From Spirogloea muscicola (taxonomy: Eukaryota), in contig WELB01000012.1 of assembly GCA_009602725.1 (NCBI GenBank), forward strand, positions 492,701 through 556,700: a stretch of DNA of 64,000 nt. Direction: 5' to 3'. A model generated the notes under the pieces. That model made no database searches. It was given only the letters and a program-made list of their open reading frames with translations, and was not told the DNA's origin. Positions within the stretch are counted from its first letter, which is position 1. Every line of letters begins with the position of its first letter. Made by a program: the position numbers and the translations under genes. Positions 11,321 to 24,400 of the stretch are shown piece after piece.

Positions 11321-13360
11321 CCCTGTGCGCACCGGAGCATATGGGCCGCCAGAGACGCCGCGTCAGGGCTGCGCTCGCCGCACTCACGTTGCTGGACTCC
11401 ACTTAGGCATGGTGGGTGGAGGCCGAGTAGGCGGTGCACCGCCGTACAGAATGCGTCATCCGGCATCCGAAGCGCGTCGTGGATCGGCAGAGCAGACAAC
11501 CACTACCTACCATTTCCCCACCACTGCCCAGCGGTTCCTCACGGCTCATCGAGGCATATCACGCCTTCGACGTGCTTTCGCGAGCTTTCTCGGCCTAATG
11601 AGGGGCTTTTGTATGATGCAGGTGGCAAGAGGGCAATGCGCTGCACGCCGAGGCACTATTGACCATGGCGGCGGAGGAACTACCTACGCACCGTTGATGG
11701 GCGAGGCGCTGCCGCCGGATTCGGATGATGCTCCGGCGCCGAGCTGGATTGGAAAGTATCTTGTCTGACCGAAGCGGGTTGGCGATGCCGCGCTCGCGAC
11801 CCCACCTTCACACCAAATTGAGAAATGACGCACCCTCGGACGACCACGTGAGCAGCCACCTCCGCATCCTTGTCAGCACCGACATCATATGTGGCGAGCA
11901 AACCAATTTCGGTGAGTCGATGACGTTTGTCAAGCAAACGGGTTGTCAAGCACTCCTCCGCATGCAGTTCGATGTCCGCACCTTAAGCCAGGAGATATAT
12001 TTCAAGCAAAGACCTGTAATTACTCGATCAATGTTACGCTGGACAAGCCCGCACTCACAACCTGGACCTCGGTAATCCATTGCAACAGTCAACAAAGCCT
12101 CACAAGCAATGCCTCGGACTACATAATAGAAAAGATGAGCAAGCTAAGCTACTGCCAAAGAGATCTAGTAAGGCCTCGACCGGCACCATCGACGACATAG
12201 TCTGAAGGACTGGCCCGCACTATGTCAAAAGTGGAGGACGGCACAACAGTCGATGCATGCTTCTGTCCACACAACTGGACGCGTCGCTCATGGGTGTGGC
12301 AAAGGCTCAATAGCTGCTGCACTTCTTGCCCCAAGGCTCACGCCGTCCAGTTGCCGCCCCAGCTCAAGCGCGGCTCTCAGCTGTAGGGTTAGACTCCCCT
12401 TAAAAAACTCCCCAAGCGGGACTGCTAAACCTGAGCTCCCTTTCGCAATTCATTGCCAGTGACTGGAGTGACTGCCAGCGTTGGACTATGATGCACCTTG
12501 ACATACACAGGATGCAACCAGAGCGGCCTGGTCATTCCCCCCTTTCCCAACACGCACTGCTGAAACCATGGATAATTTGCTACAGCATTGCTGTGCTGTC
12601 ACCTCGCCACCGCCTCTCTGCCAACCTCCACGATACTAGTGAATGATGGAGGCGCTTCTGAATCGGCTCTCTTGATCTTTCTGCCTTGGACGCTCTTCTA
12701 CAGTTGTAAGCATTACATGAGCAGGTATGGACTGTTGTTTCGCTGCATTGTGACACGGTCATGTTGGGTGCCTTGACCTTGTATCAGGAAGAAGTCTTCT
12801 ATTTGTGGCTTGAATTTGCACCAGACATGTAGGCGTCATGCAGCTTATTGCGTCAAATGAACGAGCATCGACATGGTACTGCAACACCACACCCACCCGG
12901 CAGCAACCACTGCCCTCCTGAGCTGGCACACGACTCGAGCCACAGGCCCCCTATTCACCGCAGCCGCATGCTCCACCTGAGCACACTCTTGTGCGCGTGC
13001 TACCTCAAGCAAGCCCGTCAAACCCTGGCAATGCACGGTGAAGGCGCAGCTGATGCATCATGTGGCAGGTCGACAGAGAACATGACAAAAGCTGCTGCAG
13101 GAGCGAGCGGGACTGAGCCTTTCTGTTGCTCGCCTGCTGGAGGCACAAGTGACGCACTGGTTGCAGTCCCTGCAGGTAGCACCTCCTAAGACAAGTCCCC
13201 ATAGTTTGTGGTCTATGGGGAGAAGGACTTGCCATAACCAAAGAATGCGGTTCTTGCTCTTGTGCACTCTTGTATGCAAAAAATAAGCAAAGCCAACAGC
13301 GTTGCATACGCAACTTGGCAGCCAGTCCATGGCCCTTAAATTGCCCTCAAAAGAGCCTGA

Positions 13361-16300
13361 TCAGAGCTCGTCATGACCAGCCATGGCGACGGCCTCCTGC
13401 TCCTTGTCAGCCAGCTGCTTGGCAAGCGACTGCAACGGCGACAGCAATATCAGTACAACCAGGCCCTTCTCTCTGGCAGAGCTAGACAAGCATAGTGTGT
13501 CCCAAAAGCTGCTGGACAAGGACACTGGAATCCATAGTCATCCTGGCAGCAAGGGATGCCCTACCTCGGCTTCCTCCTCGAAGCACACAGCAGGTGTTGC
13601 CATTTCGGCCGCATATCTGGCAATCCAGAAGATACCGTGACAAATCAGCAACAAGTCCCACCAACCAGCTTCAGAAGACACTCGTTCCTAACAGAAGACT
13701 AAGTGTATAGCACAATGTGCACATGTGAGACCAAAAGCTGACATGAAATACTATTTCCTGGCAATCAAAAGATATTGCACATCGCAGATTTTGCACTGCA
13801 CATGTAGCTGAAAGGTGTCAAGGCAGATCTTCTTGCTAGAGGAGTGAAGCGAAACTAACTCGCAACGGCTTGGCTCATCAACGCTCAGAATCTTGTTCTC
13901 AAGGCCACAGATCATTGTAACCTGCACGCCATCACATGGTTGCTTGCTTGCTTTACACTTTCTCTTCTACAACCCATGGCCTCCCATCAGTTACAAAGCT
14001 ATGACTGTAGTCATGTACTTGCAGTCAAATTCCGACAGTAAGAGACAGCGCTTACCTGCATGCTCCGCTGTGGTCCATTCCAACATGTATCCCCTGCATC
14101 ATACAACATGGCTGTATAGTTCCGGCCAAAACCTTTCCAGTTCCTGCATGTGTTATGAAAATGTGGAGTTGTGAGTAGCAAAACAAGAATGAGCGTAATT
14201 GCAGTTGTGAATGTCCAAGGTATGCCAGGCCATATCACTAATGGCAGAAAAGTCTATGGAGCCTGACAATCCACTGAATCTATACGTACCCAAGACGGCT
14301 GTGCTGGTGACCCTCTTTCTGTGTGGCCTGTTTATAAGGACAAATCTCGTACTCATATCTGCCCGCAAAGCCTCCACAAGCACATGTCACTAAGTGGCAG
14401 CCCCTTGACCTGTAGTAAGCAGACTATGCACCAATGAAGTTGCCTTGCCCATGCCATAGACTCCTCGGCAACAAACATGCACAGAAGCGCTTTGATGTGC
14501 ACACTCCGCCATAACATCCGCATGACTTGCATGGACTTACTGCTTGATTTTCAGGGAAAAGCACTTGTCTTCAAATGCTGCAAACTCACCACTTGGACCT
14601 GCCCCCACAGCATATGCAAAAGAAAATCGTAAGGAGCACCAAGCTCATGTCCATGATGAGCACCTCACTGTCAAGAACGATGGCGGTCGAACTGTCAGAT
14701 ATAACAGAGCTAGAGCTATTCCCATAGGTCATGTAAGTTGTTCATTTAAAAGTTATCAAGCGAATTGCCTCTTACCATAATCTCGTGACAGCTTGCTCTC
14801 CAAATCAGTGATCCTAGATTGATGATCCTGCAGCTTCTGCGTGGCTTTCCTGAAATCTGCTTTTACCTGCTCTGCCTCTGAAAGGACAAGACAGTGTTCG
14901 GGCCATAGCATGTCAAGTTTCGACGTCACTTGCACTTTGCATTCACTTGTAGGTTGAGGAACTACTAGCAATAGCTCATCACTCCACCCAATCCATGATA
15001 ACGTGCACAAACGCATCTCCTTGTCAACCTTCCTACTAGTCAAGGTCAAGCAGACTTACCGGATTTGGAAATGGGAATTGCAGGCTTTGAGACAAAGCCA
15101 TAAAGGCGAGAGGGCCAGTGCAGCAGATGACTCCACCAAGTCCTGACTGGACTCATGCCTATAACACCAAACATTCGTCCAAACGCGCTGACAGATCAAC
15201 ATACCATGCAGATGACTTTGGGTGCACTACATTGCAGTGCAATCATGCACTCAGAGGTGACCCTTCTGCCGACTCGTACATTCTGCTGATATTGGCAAGC
15301 CCGGGATGGCAAATCAAGCTGAACACATCTAAACAAAGCAGCAATGCTGATTAGCAGCAGAGACTTTCATAAACTGACTCAGACATTCTATTCTGTAGGC
15401 AGTCTTGCAATGCAACATGGAGATCAATGGCATGCACACCAGCAGTAGCCATGGCGCTGGTCGAAGGCGGCTCGTCATCCTCCACTTCTTCGTGGTCAGA
15501 CTGGTGCTGATACTGCAAGTCCGAGTCATCCTGCACATCGCCGTCGTCGTCATCCTCCTCCGCATATTCTTCTGCGCTGTGGTCATGGAGCTCGTCATCA
15601 TCATTGGGCAGGTGGTCATGGGTCCCGTGCTCGTAGGACAGCTCCTCCTCGTGGTACACAGCAGGATCGTCGTCATGCACAGAAGAGCTGATATCGGCCC
15701 ACTCGTCCACTTGGGGGGCCTGGTTGCCACCATCGGGCTGGTCCTCTTCGGCCGCCGGTGTCGGTGAGTGGGACGCTGCACCACCGCCCGTCCAGCGGGA
15801 CGCCACCATAGCTCCGAGCTCCTCCTTGGACAAGCCCTCGGTCTCCTCATTCCAATCGGGGTTGTGAACCTGCAGTCGCCAAAGAACGTCACTGATGATC
15901 AGCAACACCCTCTTACCCTCAAAGAGGAGCTATCCTCCAGCACCTCTTCTACCATCTTGCCCAAAGCAGATGCTAGCAACCATACTATCATTCTCAGCAT
16001 CTCCATGTCACTTCGTCAATGCGTGAACCTCCTTAAGGCAACTGTGAATACTTCACTGTGCTGTAAATTAGGGATGCATGGCGGCAATCTGGCTTTGTCT
16101 TCCCACCATTGCAGGATCATCCTGCTCGTGCGCGTCCCCATCCTCTGGCGCGCTGTGAGGCTGGGGTGGCTCAAGGACAGGAATCTCTGGCAGAACCACG
16201 TTCTCATTCTCAGCTATGTGCACAACCTGGGAACCAGTACCACCGCACAGATGACCACTTCGTCAGTGTCAGTTAAGGCCTCAGGCTCACCGGCCACACT

Positions 16301-18243
16301 GCTTGAAAGTCATTTCCGCTGATGAAGATAAGCCAGCGGCACACGGATGGAGAAATCTTATACCTCCTCATGTGTCTGTGTCGACCAATCCTCCAGTGAC
16401 GGAGACTCCTCGCTTGGCCCCTCTGGTGGCCCTACTGACCTCTCGGCTGCTTGCTCTGCAGCTGCCGCTGCTTCCTTGCGTTGCTTCTCTGCCTGCTCCC
16501 TCTCCTCCTGCTCCCTCTTCTCGACGTGAGCTTTCCGCACTGCGGCAAGGGCCAAGGCATAGCGGCGCGCACCCACAGCACCGCGCTTCTTGTCAGCCCC
16601 ACTGGCAAGCGCCGGACCTCAGCCACTACCCGCACTGTGTCATCACCCCCGCACAGTTCCCAATTGCCAAGATTCCTGCTCAAGGCTGCAGGCGCCGCTT
16701 GCGGAGCCGCCGCCGCGCCTGCCGCCTGCGCCAGCAACGGCGCAGAAAGAAGGTGGCGGCGACTGCACACACGACCAGAGCCTGGACGAGCACGAGCAAC
16801 CTCAACCCCGTCGTGCGAAGCTCGGGGTCTTTGGAAAGCTCTTCCTCTGCCATCCCCCCCCCCCAACGCCATCCGAAGCCTGGCGTCACTACAACATACC
16901 TTTCAACTTTGGCGAGAAGCCAAGCTGAATCTTGCTTGCAGCGCAGCATGGGCCAGCCATGATTGAACCAAGCAATGTCTAGACCGGACCAGCCGCCGCA
17001 ATGCAGCGCAGCGGACGCAATGCAGCTCTGAAGCAATCAGAACAGTTGACTGACAAAAGCTAACTCCTCATAAACCCTCAGAAATTAACCTACCATGTGC
17101 ACTTTTGCCCAGCTTTCCAAGAGGAATAGCAACTGCCAACATAGCACAGATTTCTGTCTAGACAAGATCAGGAGACTACCTTTGAGAGTGTCGACCGTCT
17201 CCTTGAGCGCCGGCGTACTCTCCATCAGGTCTTCCAGCTCAGTCTTCCACTGGTTGTGGAGCTTCTCAGCCTGCTCCACATACTGCTTTCGAGCCTTTAT
17301 CCCAGCCTGGTAAGTTGCCACCTTCCCAGCAAGCTGCTTCCGAGAGTCTGCGCCTGCTTCAAGGCACGTGTTCTTGCACACCACTACCCCCTCCCACTCA
17401 TCACTTCCATCACAACAGTCTGGAGAGCAAACAATCCAACAAAACGCAGGGATCAGATATTCTGCATGTCTCTCAGAGGCCTTGTAAAGCTGACAAGAGT
17501 GCTGTTGAAAGGAAGGCCATGAAAAGTGCGGCTATTGTGGTATATGCCGAGTTCCTACGTGCTGAATGTAGTAACTTTACAATGTGTCAACCACTGAGCA
17601 CAACTACATACCGCAGATGCCGTCGTTAACTTGAGACGAGGGAACGATGCGGGAAACGTAAGCCCGGTTGGGACAGTAGAATTTCCCATCTGGGCACGCG
17701 GACGTTCCTGCGTAGAGGAGAGGGACAAGCATTGAGGCAGGCTTTGATGTCACACTGAGGCGACGGCCAAGTGACTTGGAAGCCCAGGTCTTCACCCGAG
17801 CTGCCAATGGCGGAATGGACGAGGCGAGCAGCATACTGACCAGGCTCGTCGGTGCCGTCGAGGCAGTCGCAGTAGTCGTCGTTGACGCGCAGGATGGGGA
17901 TGGTCTTGGACCCGTCGCGGCAGGCGATCTGGCTGTGCTGGAAGTACGCCTGGTCTGCATTGCGGCGGGCACGGCGTGGCGCGGAGTCAGGGGAGGGCTG
18001 GGAGGCCAGCCAGAGCCCTTTGCAACACACGCATGACCACTAGGGCTGGCCATGCCCCTGCCCTTCTGCCGGCGGCTCAGCAGAAGGCAGCAGACGAGAG
18101 CGGAGTCATGCGGAGGGCAGCGCAGCGCAAGGCTTCCGCGCGACGGCGACGGGGGCTCCTGGTCGCACCAGAGGGAGGCACGCCGCGGACGCCGCCAGAG
18201 GCCCTGGCGGCCGGCGGCGCGAGCGCGGCCAGCAGCGCGGCGG
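13361..18243 (-). CDS. PSL4: Glucosidase II beta subunit (PRKCSH/PSL4-like), multi-exon, start codon inside N gap
   Basis: Signal-peptide remnant [34 protein letters not shown]...VNDGICDCCDGSDE, a coiled coil, an acidic region and an MRH domain (YEYEICPY, CWNGPQRS, VDEPSRCEY). C-terminal ER-retention GHDEL* with stop at 13363-13361. Confidence 0.95.
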
Positions 18244-18583
18244 NNNNNNNNNNNNNNNNNNNNNNNNNNNNNNNNNNNNNNNNNNNNNNNNNNNNNNNNN
18301 NNNNNNNNNNNNNNNNNNNNNNNNNNNNNNNNNNNNNNNNNNNNNNNNNNNNNNNNNNNNNNNNNNNNNNNNNNNNNNNNNNNNNNNNNNNNNNNNNNNN
18401 NNNNNNNNNNNNNNNNNNNNNNNNNNNNNNNNNNNNNNNNNNNNNNNNNNNNNNNNNNNNNNNNNNNNNNNNNNNNNNNNNNNNNNNNNNNNNNNNNNNN
18501 NNNNNNNNNNNNNNNNNNNNNNNNNNNNNNNNNNNNNNNNNNNNNNNNNNNNNNNNNNNNNNNNNNNNNNNNNNNNNNNNNNN
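18244..18583. other. Assembly gap (N run)
   Basis: Run of n between GC-rich flanks; hides the glucosidase II beta start and part of the shared promoter. Confidence 1.
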
Positions 18584-18603
18584 GCAGAAGCCGCCGCCGC
18601 ACA

Positions 18604-18634
<31 letters not shown>

Positions 18635-18747
18635 TTCTGCGGGCGTTCCGGCTCTCTCCCTCGTCCGAGCTGTCCTGGCCATGCACGCCGTCGGGCCGCC
18701 ACCGCCACGCTGACCCTGGCCGGCGCCGCGGCGGCGGCTCCGCGCAG

Positions 18748-18858
18748 ATGATCGACGACCAGGACTTGGGGTTCTTCGCCAACATGCTGGGCATCACCAT
18801 CTTCATCCTCGTCGTCGCGTACCACTACGTCGTGGCCGACCCCAAGTACGAGCCCTGA
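18748..18858 (+). CDS. OST4: Oligosaccharyltransferase subunit 4 (36 aa)
   Basis: [36 protein letters not shown] matches the plant OST4 pattern with a single TM helix. Confidence 0.93.
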   Translation: MIDDQDLGFFANMLGITIFILVVAYHYVVADPKYEP

Positions 18859-21490
18859 GCAGCGAGCGCCTCGGCGCCGGCCATGGTGCCCGCCCAGGCT
18901 GTGGCGGCCTCCGCATACCGGCGGCAGGCCGTGGCCGTCGGCGGGTGGTGGGGTTTCTCTGGCGGCGCCGTGGGCCGTGGTCCTCGTTTGCCTAGACTAA
19001 TCCCGCTCACACATCCCGATCCCAGCAAGCCGGCAGGCCAGCGAGGCCGGTCGCCAGCTGAGCAGCCGTGTGCCTGCTGCCGCCTGGTCTCTGGCGGCTC
19101 TGGTCACCGGCAAGCGGCTGAGCCCAGGACTGCACCTGTAATGCAAGCTGGCCTTTGAGTGGCAAAGCGGAGAGAGGCACTTGCCCCTCCTCCTCTTCTT
19201 CGGTCTTGTGCAGCACCGGAATCGTGCAGTGGTTGCTGCTGCTGCTGGCCTGCTGTGGCACTGCTCCCTTGCTTCTGAGCTGCTGCCGTGCATTGCAGTC
19301 GCACGTCGGTCGTCGGGCTGTCATGGCGTTCCTCCTTGTCATGAGCCACTCTCTCTGTGCTTCCGCCTGCACTCCACTTCTTTGATGGCCCGGCAGCTGG
19401 GCTCTCAAACTTCAGGACGAACAGTGTCATCAGTCGGCCAGTTTCATTTGGCAAGCCAGCGAGCACTTTGCCTGCAGTCCATATTACCAACCAGCATCAT
19501 GCTTACAATAAGTACCAGTACAAGTAGCTTGCCCCACTCGTTTCTAGCTTGTCCGCCAGTGCTGCCCTTACGAGCTAGCTCAATGCTGGACAAGATATAA
19601 CTAAAATTTCATCCTTTGTGTCTAGGACACCACATTGTGCTCTTGTAGCGCCGCTGCTCTTGTCTTGCTTACCCCCATGTTCATATCAAGCTGAACCTCA
19701 TCACGTCAATGTCCAGCTTGTGCTTCTAGCAGGCGATAATACATATATCCACATCCTGGGACCTCAAACTGCCGCAGCTCACACCACGTTCAAGGCCTTC
19801 ATACAGAGGGAAGAGGCCTTTCCGATAGGAGGCTAAAGAAGGCCAGCCCAAAAGACCCTTGGACAAAGCCCCCAAGGGTCGAATACTGCAAATTCCTTTT
19901 CTTTCTTGTTGTTGTGATGTATTATCCTTATGAAGCATCACATGTCTGCACTATGCTGTGTTCCCACACAAGATAGCGCAATAGCGCGATAGCGCGATAG
20001 CGAATCTTGTTGATCGCGCAATTATAAATTCAATGTGGTAAGGTGCTGTATTAAGCAATGCGAAGCAAGTGGCACCTAAAAATGGCCACTCAACATCTCC
20101 ATTAGCAGCGCAAGTAGCTGCATTAGCAGCCGGATTGCCATGTAGTTGGCCTGAGGCTGCAGCCAGGACTTAGCCTATGTGCAGATATAAGGCAATTTCA
20201 ATATGTCGCTGTAGCAAACTAGACTTACACATCAAGTACGCCAGGGCCAGAGAGCCAACATTATCAGCGTGCGGCTGCTCACTTTGCTGCCCCTGCCATT
20301 GAGACACCATTCTTCATGCGAGCCGCCTACTCAAGCAGCCAAGATTATGTGGACAACGGCCATAGCAAGGGATGGGGAATGATGAGAGATGATTGTAGCT
20401 TGGCTTGCCACAGTGAGAGCTCCTCATGGACGAGCTCCTCAGGTGGGATTCTTCTTGAAGGCCTGTGACTTTCATACTGTGTACAGCTTTGCAGTAGATC
20501 TCTCGATGTGGTTAGGTTGAGCACTTCATCAGAAGGTTCTAATGTGTGTAATAGATCATTGTGAAGGTTAGGAAGGGGCTCACTGCAGGAGTGAAGTGGG
20601 GTGGCACTTACTTGGCACCACAATTGGTACAATAAGAAGCACATGGAGGCTGGTTGGTTGCCTGACAGAAGAACCCATGCAAGGGGCAAAACAGAAGCAC
20701 AAACAACGGTGACAACCACGATCTCAGAATGTCATCTGGATCATATTCACAAATGAAAAAATTTGTCATCAACTCTTTGCTACTACAACTGTGGCAGCAA
20801 AGGGCAGCGACGACTTCCAATATCCAAAAACGGAGCACCAGGCCTAAACTTCTCTTTGGTCTTGCGACCAGCAACATGCATTGCTCCAAGCCCTCCAGCA
20901 ACCTTTGTCGCAGCGCCCAGCTTGAGAACCTTCAGCTGGGCGCCTCTCTCTGGCATTTTGCCAGAGAGGGCCTTATTCCTCGAAGGGGCCCCACAGCTCG
21001 AGGCATTGATACTGATCCTACTTCTACCACCACTACCTGCACCTATGAGCCAGAAGACCCTGAACTCCTAAGACAGAGAGGGTGGAATAGATGTCAAGGG
21101 AGACAAGCGAAGGGCAACCTTTCAGGTCAACAAGCCCTGTGCCGCAATGGGCATGGTGGTTGTGGACCTTTGTGCATGTAGTATGGAGCCCTGGAGACGA
21201 ACATGTAACTAGACAGACGACCTGAACCTGCTGTAAGGTAGGTGGGCAACTCGCAGGCGCAGCCCCGCATAAGCTGCGGGACAAGAAGCGTACGCAAGCA
21301 GAGCGCCAGCCCTGGCATGACTACAATCAGCAGCACCAGCAGATGGTGCCTCAGGCCAGGTCGCCTCCAACTTTGCTGGAGGTAACACGGCCTGCTGCAG
21401 AAGAGCGTGGAGTCAGGGGAATGTGGAGCTGAGGAGGTAAGCACAGCCACGGAGAGAAGTAATAGTGCACGCTTCTCATGGCTGGCATTA

Positions 21491-24400
21491 TCAGTCGTCG
21501 TGAGCAAAGCCGCCGTTGGGGATGAGCCAATCGTCGGGATCGGCATCCTCCTCATCCATCTCGACCTTGGGGAAGAAGTCGTGCGGAGGCGAGAGGGGCG
21601 GAGGCAGCCGCGGGAAGCTGCCGCTGCCGACCGCCGCCGCCTGGCTTTCGGCATGGCCCTGGCTGCATGACCGGCACACAAAGTGCGCGGGCGGCGGGTC
21701 CTTGTCGGCAATCCCAACGCACCGCGTGTGCTGCCACACCTCGCACACGTCGCACGACACCATGCGCTCGCCATCGTCATCTCGCGTCTCGCAGACGCAG
21801 TCGACCGACCACTCATCCGTGCCGCCCTCATAGCGTGCTGCAGGCAAGGTTGTGCACCAAGGAAGGACAACAGCGCTTAGTCTTAGCTTGAGCACTGTCG
21901 TCTTTCAAAATTCAGACCCCTAGATTAAGCAGGCCTCCTTTGATATCAGATGATTCTTGCAAAATCCATAGGCTCTATAGAAGGGGGTATCAGACCCTAA
22001 GCAGCTGCCATTTCGATGTAAAACCATGATTGAAGAAATCAGATGTGCTCACCTTGGGACTTCAAATCAGCGCCAAGCCCTTGCATGAGCACAGGGCTTC
22101 TCGTGTCAATCTGCCCCTTCAGCAGCATCTTCTCAGGCAGGCCATCCAGCTGAGGCAGCGACTCCACCTCGAAATCTTCCAGAATGAGGTACACATCCCT
22201 GCTTGCAAAAGAAAATAGAGGAGCTCGGTAAGTTGTTGCAAGAGCCACAGCGTTCATTTGCAGCATGAAGCTCTTCCAGGTGTCGCTGTGGATTGCACAG
22301 GCCAATGGAAGCCATGCCACGACAAGGCTGACGCAGAGACAGGAAAATCTGCAGTACCTGAAGGCCTTGCTGGCAGTGCGACGGAGGTCGCCGATAGTTG
22401 CGGTGGCAGGCAAGAGCACCAGCTCGGGTGGAGGGTCCTTGCTGCGATTCCGCCCAGCTGCCTCGTTCTTGTCAGCGAGCTCGGGGACACAGAGCACACG
22501 CAGGACATCCTCGCGCTCCCACACGCTGGCGGGCGGCCGTGGGTACTGTGGCAGCTCACCCTCGTAGTCCTTGATAAACTGCACACATGAGTCATCATGA
22601 AGGTGATGTTTTGCAGGTAAGTGGACGCCCACTCGTATATGACCTTGTGAATGAAGGATGGGGCTGGATTGTTGTCACAGACTGCAGACTGGAGTGCGTA
22701 GCGGACCTGCTTAGTGTCAAGGACAATGCGCGCCGCATTGGGGATGGCCGCCACAGCCGCTATGCCGCCACGGCGCGCCAGCCGGCCAGTGCCCTCCAAG
22801 ATAGTGCGATACATGTAGCGCAGGTCGCGCAGGATCTCGGCACGCCCGATCTCAGCAGTAGGGTGTGCCGGGGGTGCAGGCGATGGGGAGTGAACCCACG
22901 CCTCGCCGTCGTCTGTCGCCTCCAGGGTTGCTGAGCCGTGGTAGTCCTCCAGCCTGTGCTCACGCAGCCAGAATTTGCACGCAGAAGTGAGGACGATGGC
23001 AAACTTGAGAAGTAAATCACAGAATGACTGAGCAGCTGAAACGTCAGTAGCACCTAGTTCCTCTTGGATGGCTGTATCGTATCTCTTCGAGATGCTTGTG
23101 CCCAAACCCCATCTCAGCAGGGTGCTTGGTGATGCTGTGCTTGAAGCGGGGGGAGGTGGCATCAGAGTATGCACAGTTGCCAATGGGCAGCAGACACAGA
23201 GGAGAAAGGAAGACCAAAAGGCAGGAGTGGGAGGCTGCTGTCACACCTGTACTCGAGCATGCGCGTGGAAGGATTGAAGCGGCGGCGGATGATCTGGTCG
23301 CCGACCGCCTTGTTGTAGAAGCCCTTAAGCACGTAGTCGAGGAGGCCCGTGTCTCCGATCTGGCAGCGCGCACCCTCCCGCAGCGCCTGGCGCGACAGCC
23401 AGATGCGGCCCGCGACATCGCGCAGCACGTCGAGCAGCGCGCCGGTCGCCTGCTCCAGCCTCTTGGGCTGCCACCGGCACGGCGTCTCAGGGCTGGGCGG
23501 CGGCGGGCCCCCGCCGTTCGCACTCCCACCATGGTGCCCTCCGCCGCCGCCGTTGCCGCTGCTGCCGCCGTGGCCGCCGACCAGGCTCTCACTGGCGGCG
23601 CTGCTGCCTTGCGGCGCCAGTGCCGGGCTGCTGCTGCTGGTGGGCAGCGGCATGGGCCCCCTGACGGCCGGCATCAGGCCGCAACCGCTGCCGCAGCCGG
23701 CCCCTGTGGCCGCCACTACAGGGCTCCAGGCCTGCGGCGAGCTGGCACTCATGTGGCTGTTCACACTAGGGATGCGGTCCAGCTGCGCAGCGGCGCTGCC
23801 ACTGCCGCCGCCGCCGCCGCCGATGCCTCCGCCGCTTGCCGTCTGCCACCGGTTGGGGGTCAATACCTTGGGGCTTCCCATGGCCGCCACCGCGGCCGGT
23901 CCAGACAGGTGGCTGCCGCTGCCGAAGCTGCCGCCGGCACTATGAAGTGTGTGGTACGGGCCACCCAGCATGACCGGCGAAGGCGGAAAGGAGGGCGACG
24001 CAGGCGCAGATCGGCGGTGGTGGCTGTTGCTCGGGCTGCCTTGGGCCGCCGCTGCGGCGAGTGAGGGCGCCGGCGACGGCGGCGGTGCTGGCAGCGACGG
24101 CAGCAGTGGCGATGGCCGCTGCAGGAGCTCCAGCATGAAGCGCATGAGGTCCCCGAAGGTGGCGAGGCCGCCCGCTTGCTTCGCCAGGCGCTGGTACAGC
24201 GCCACGATGCCGAGCAGCTCGTGGTCGGAGCCCATGAAGTGCGAGACGAGCTGTGTGAGCGGCGCGCTCCGCACTGCCTCCACTGCAGCTGCGTACTCGC
24301 CGGGCTGGATACCAAACGACCCGTGGCCGAACACGTAGCCCCAGCGGCCGTACCACGGCATGCCATGCGCCGACGAGTGCAGCAGCCGCAGGTCCAGGCC

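Larger units (their letters stand above)
9469..11499 (-). mobile_element. Degenerate CRE-like copy (family D; zinc knuckle, RLE and 3' UTR) split by two insertions
   Basis: Three minus-strand pieces read consecutively: ALPIHDALRMPDDAF...ECG...HMLRCAQG (11499-11321), GERTGTHDLLRNAM...RRADLV...LLTDV...PLAVDVH (10980-10623) and GAFGAKWLDLLHHLAR...RLAVSLQ...SRGY* (9864-9575), then the 3' UTR. Confidence 0.85.

Noticed and set aside
11510..11625. Possible DnaJ-domain remnant (LIEAY...LYD)
   Set aside because: Requires frameshifts and has no HPD motif; too weak.
19974..20002. ATAGCGCR 8-mer repeated about four times
   Set aside because: Ordinary short tandem repeat with no supporting context.
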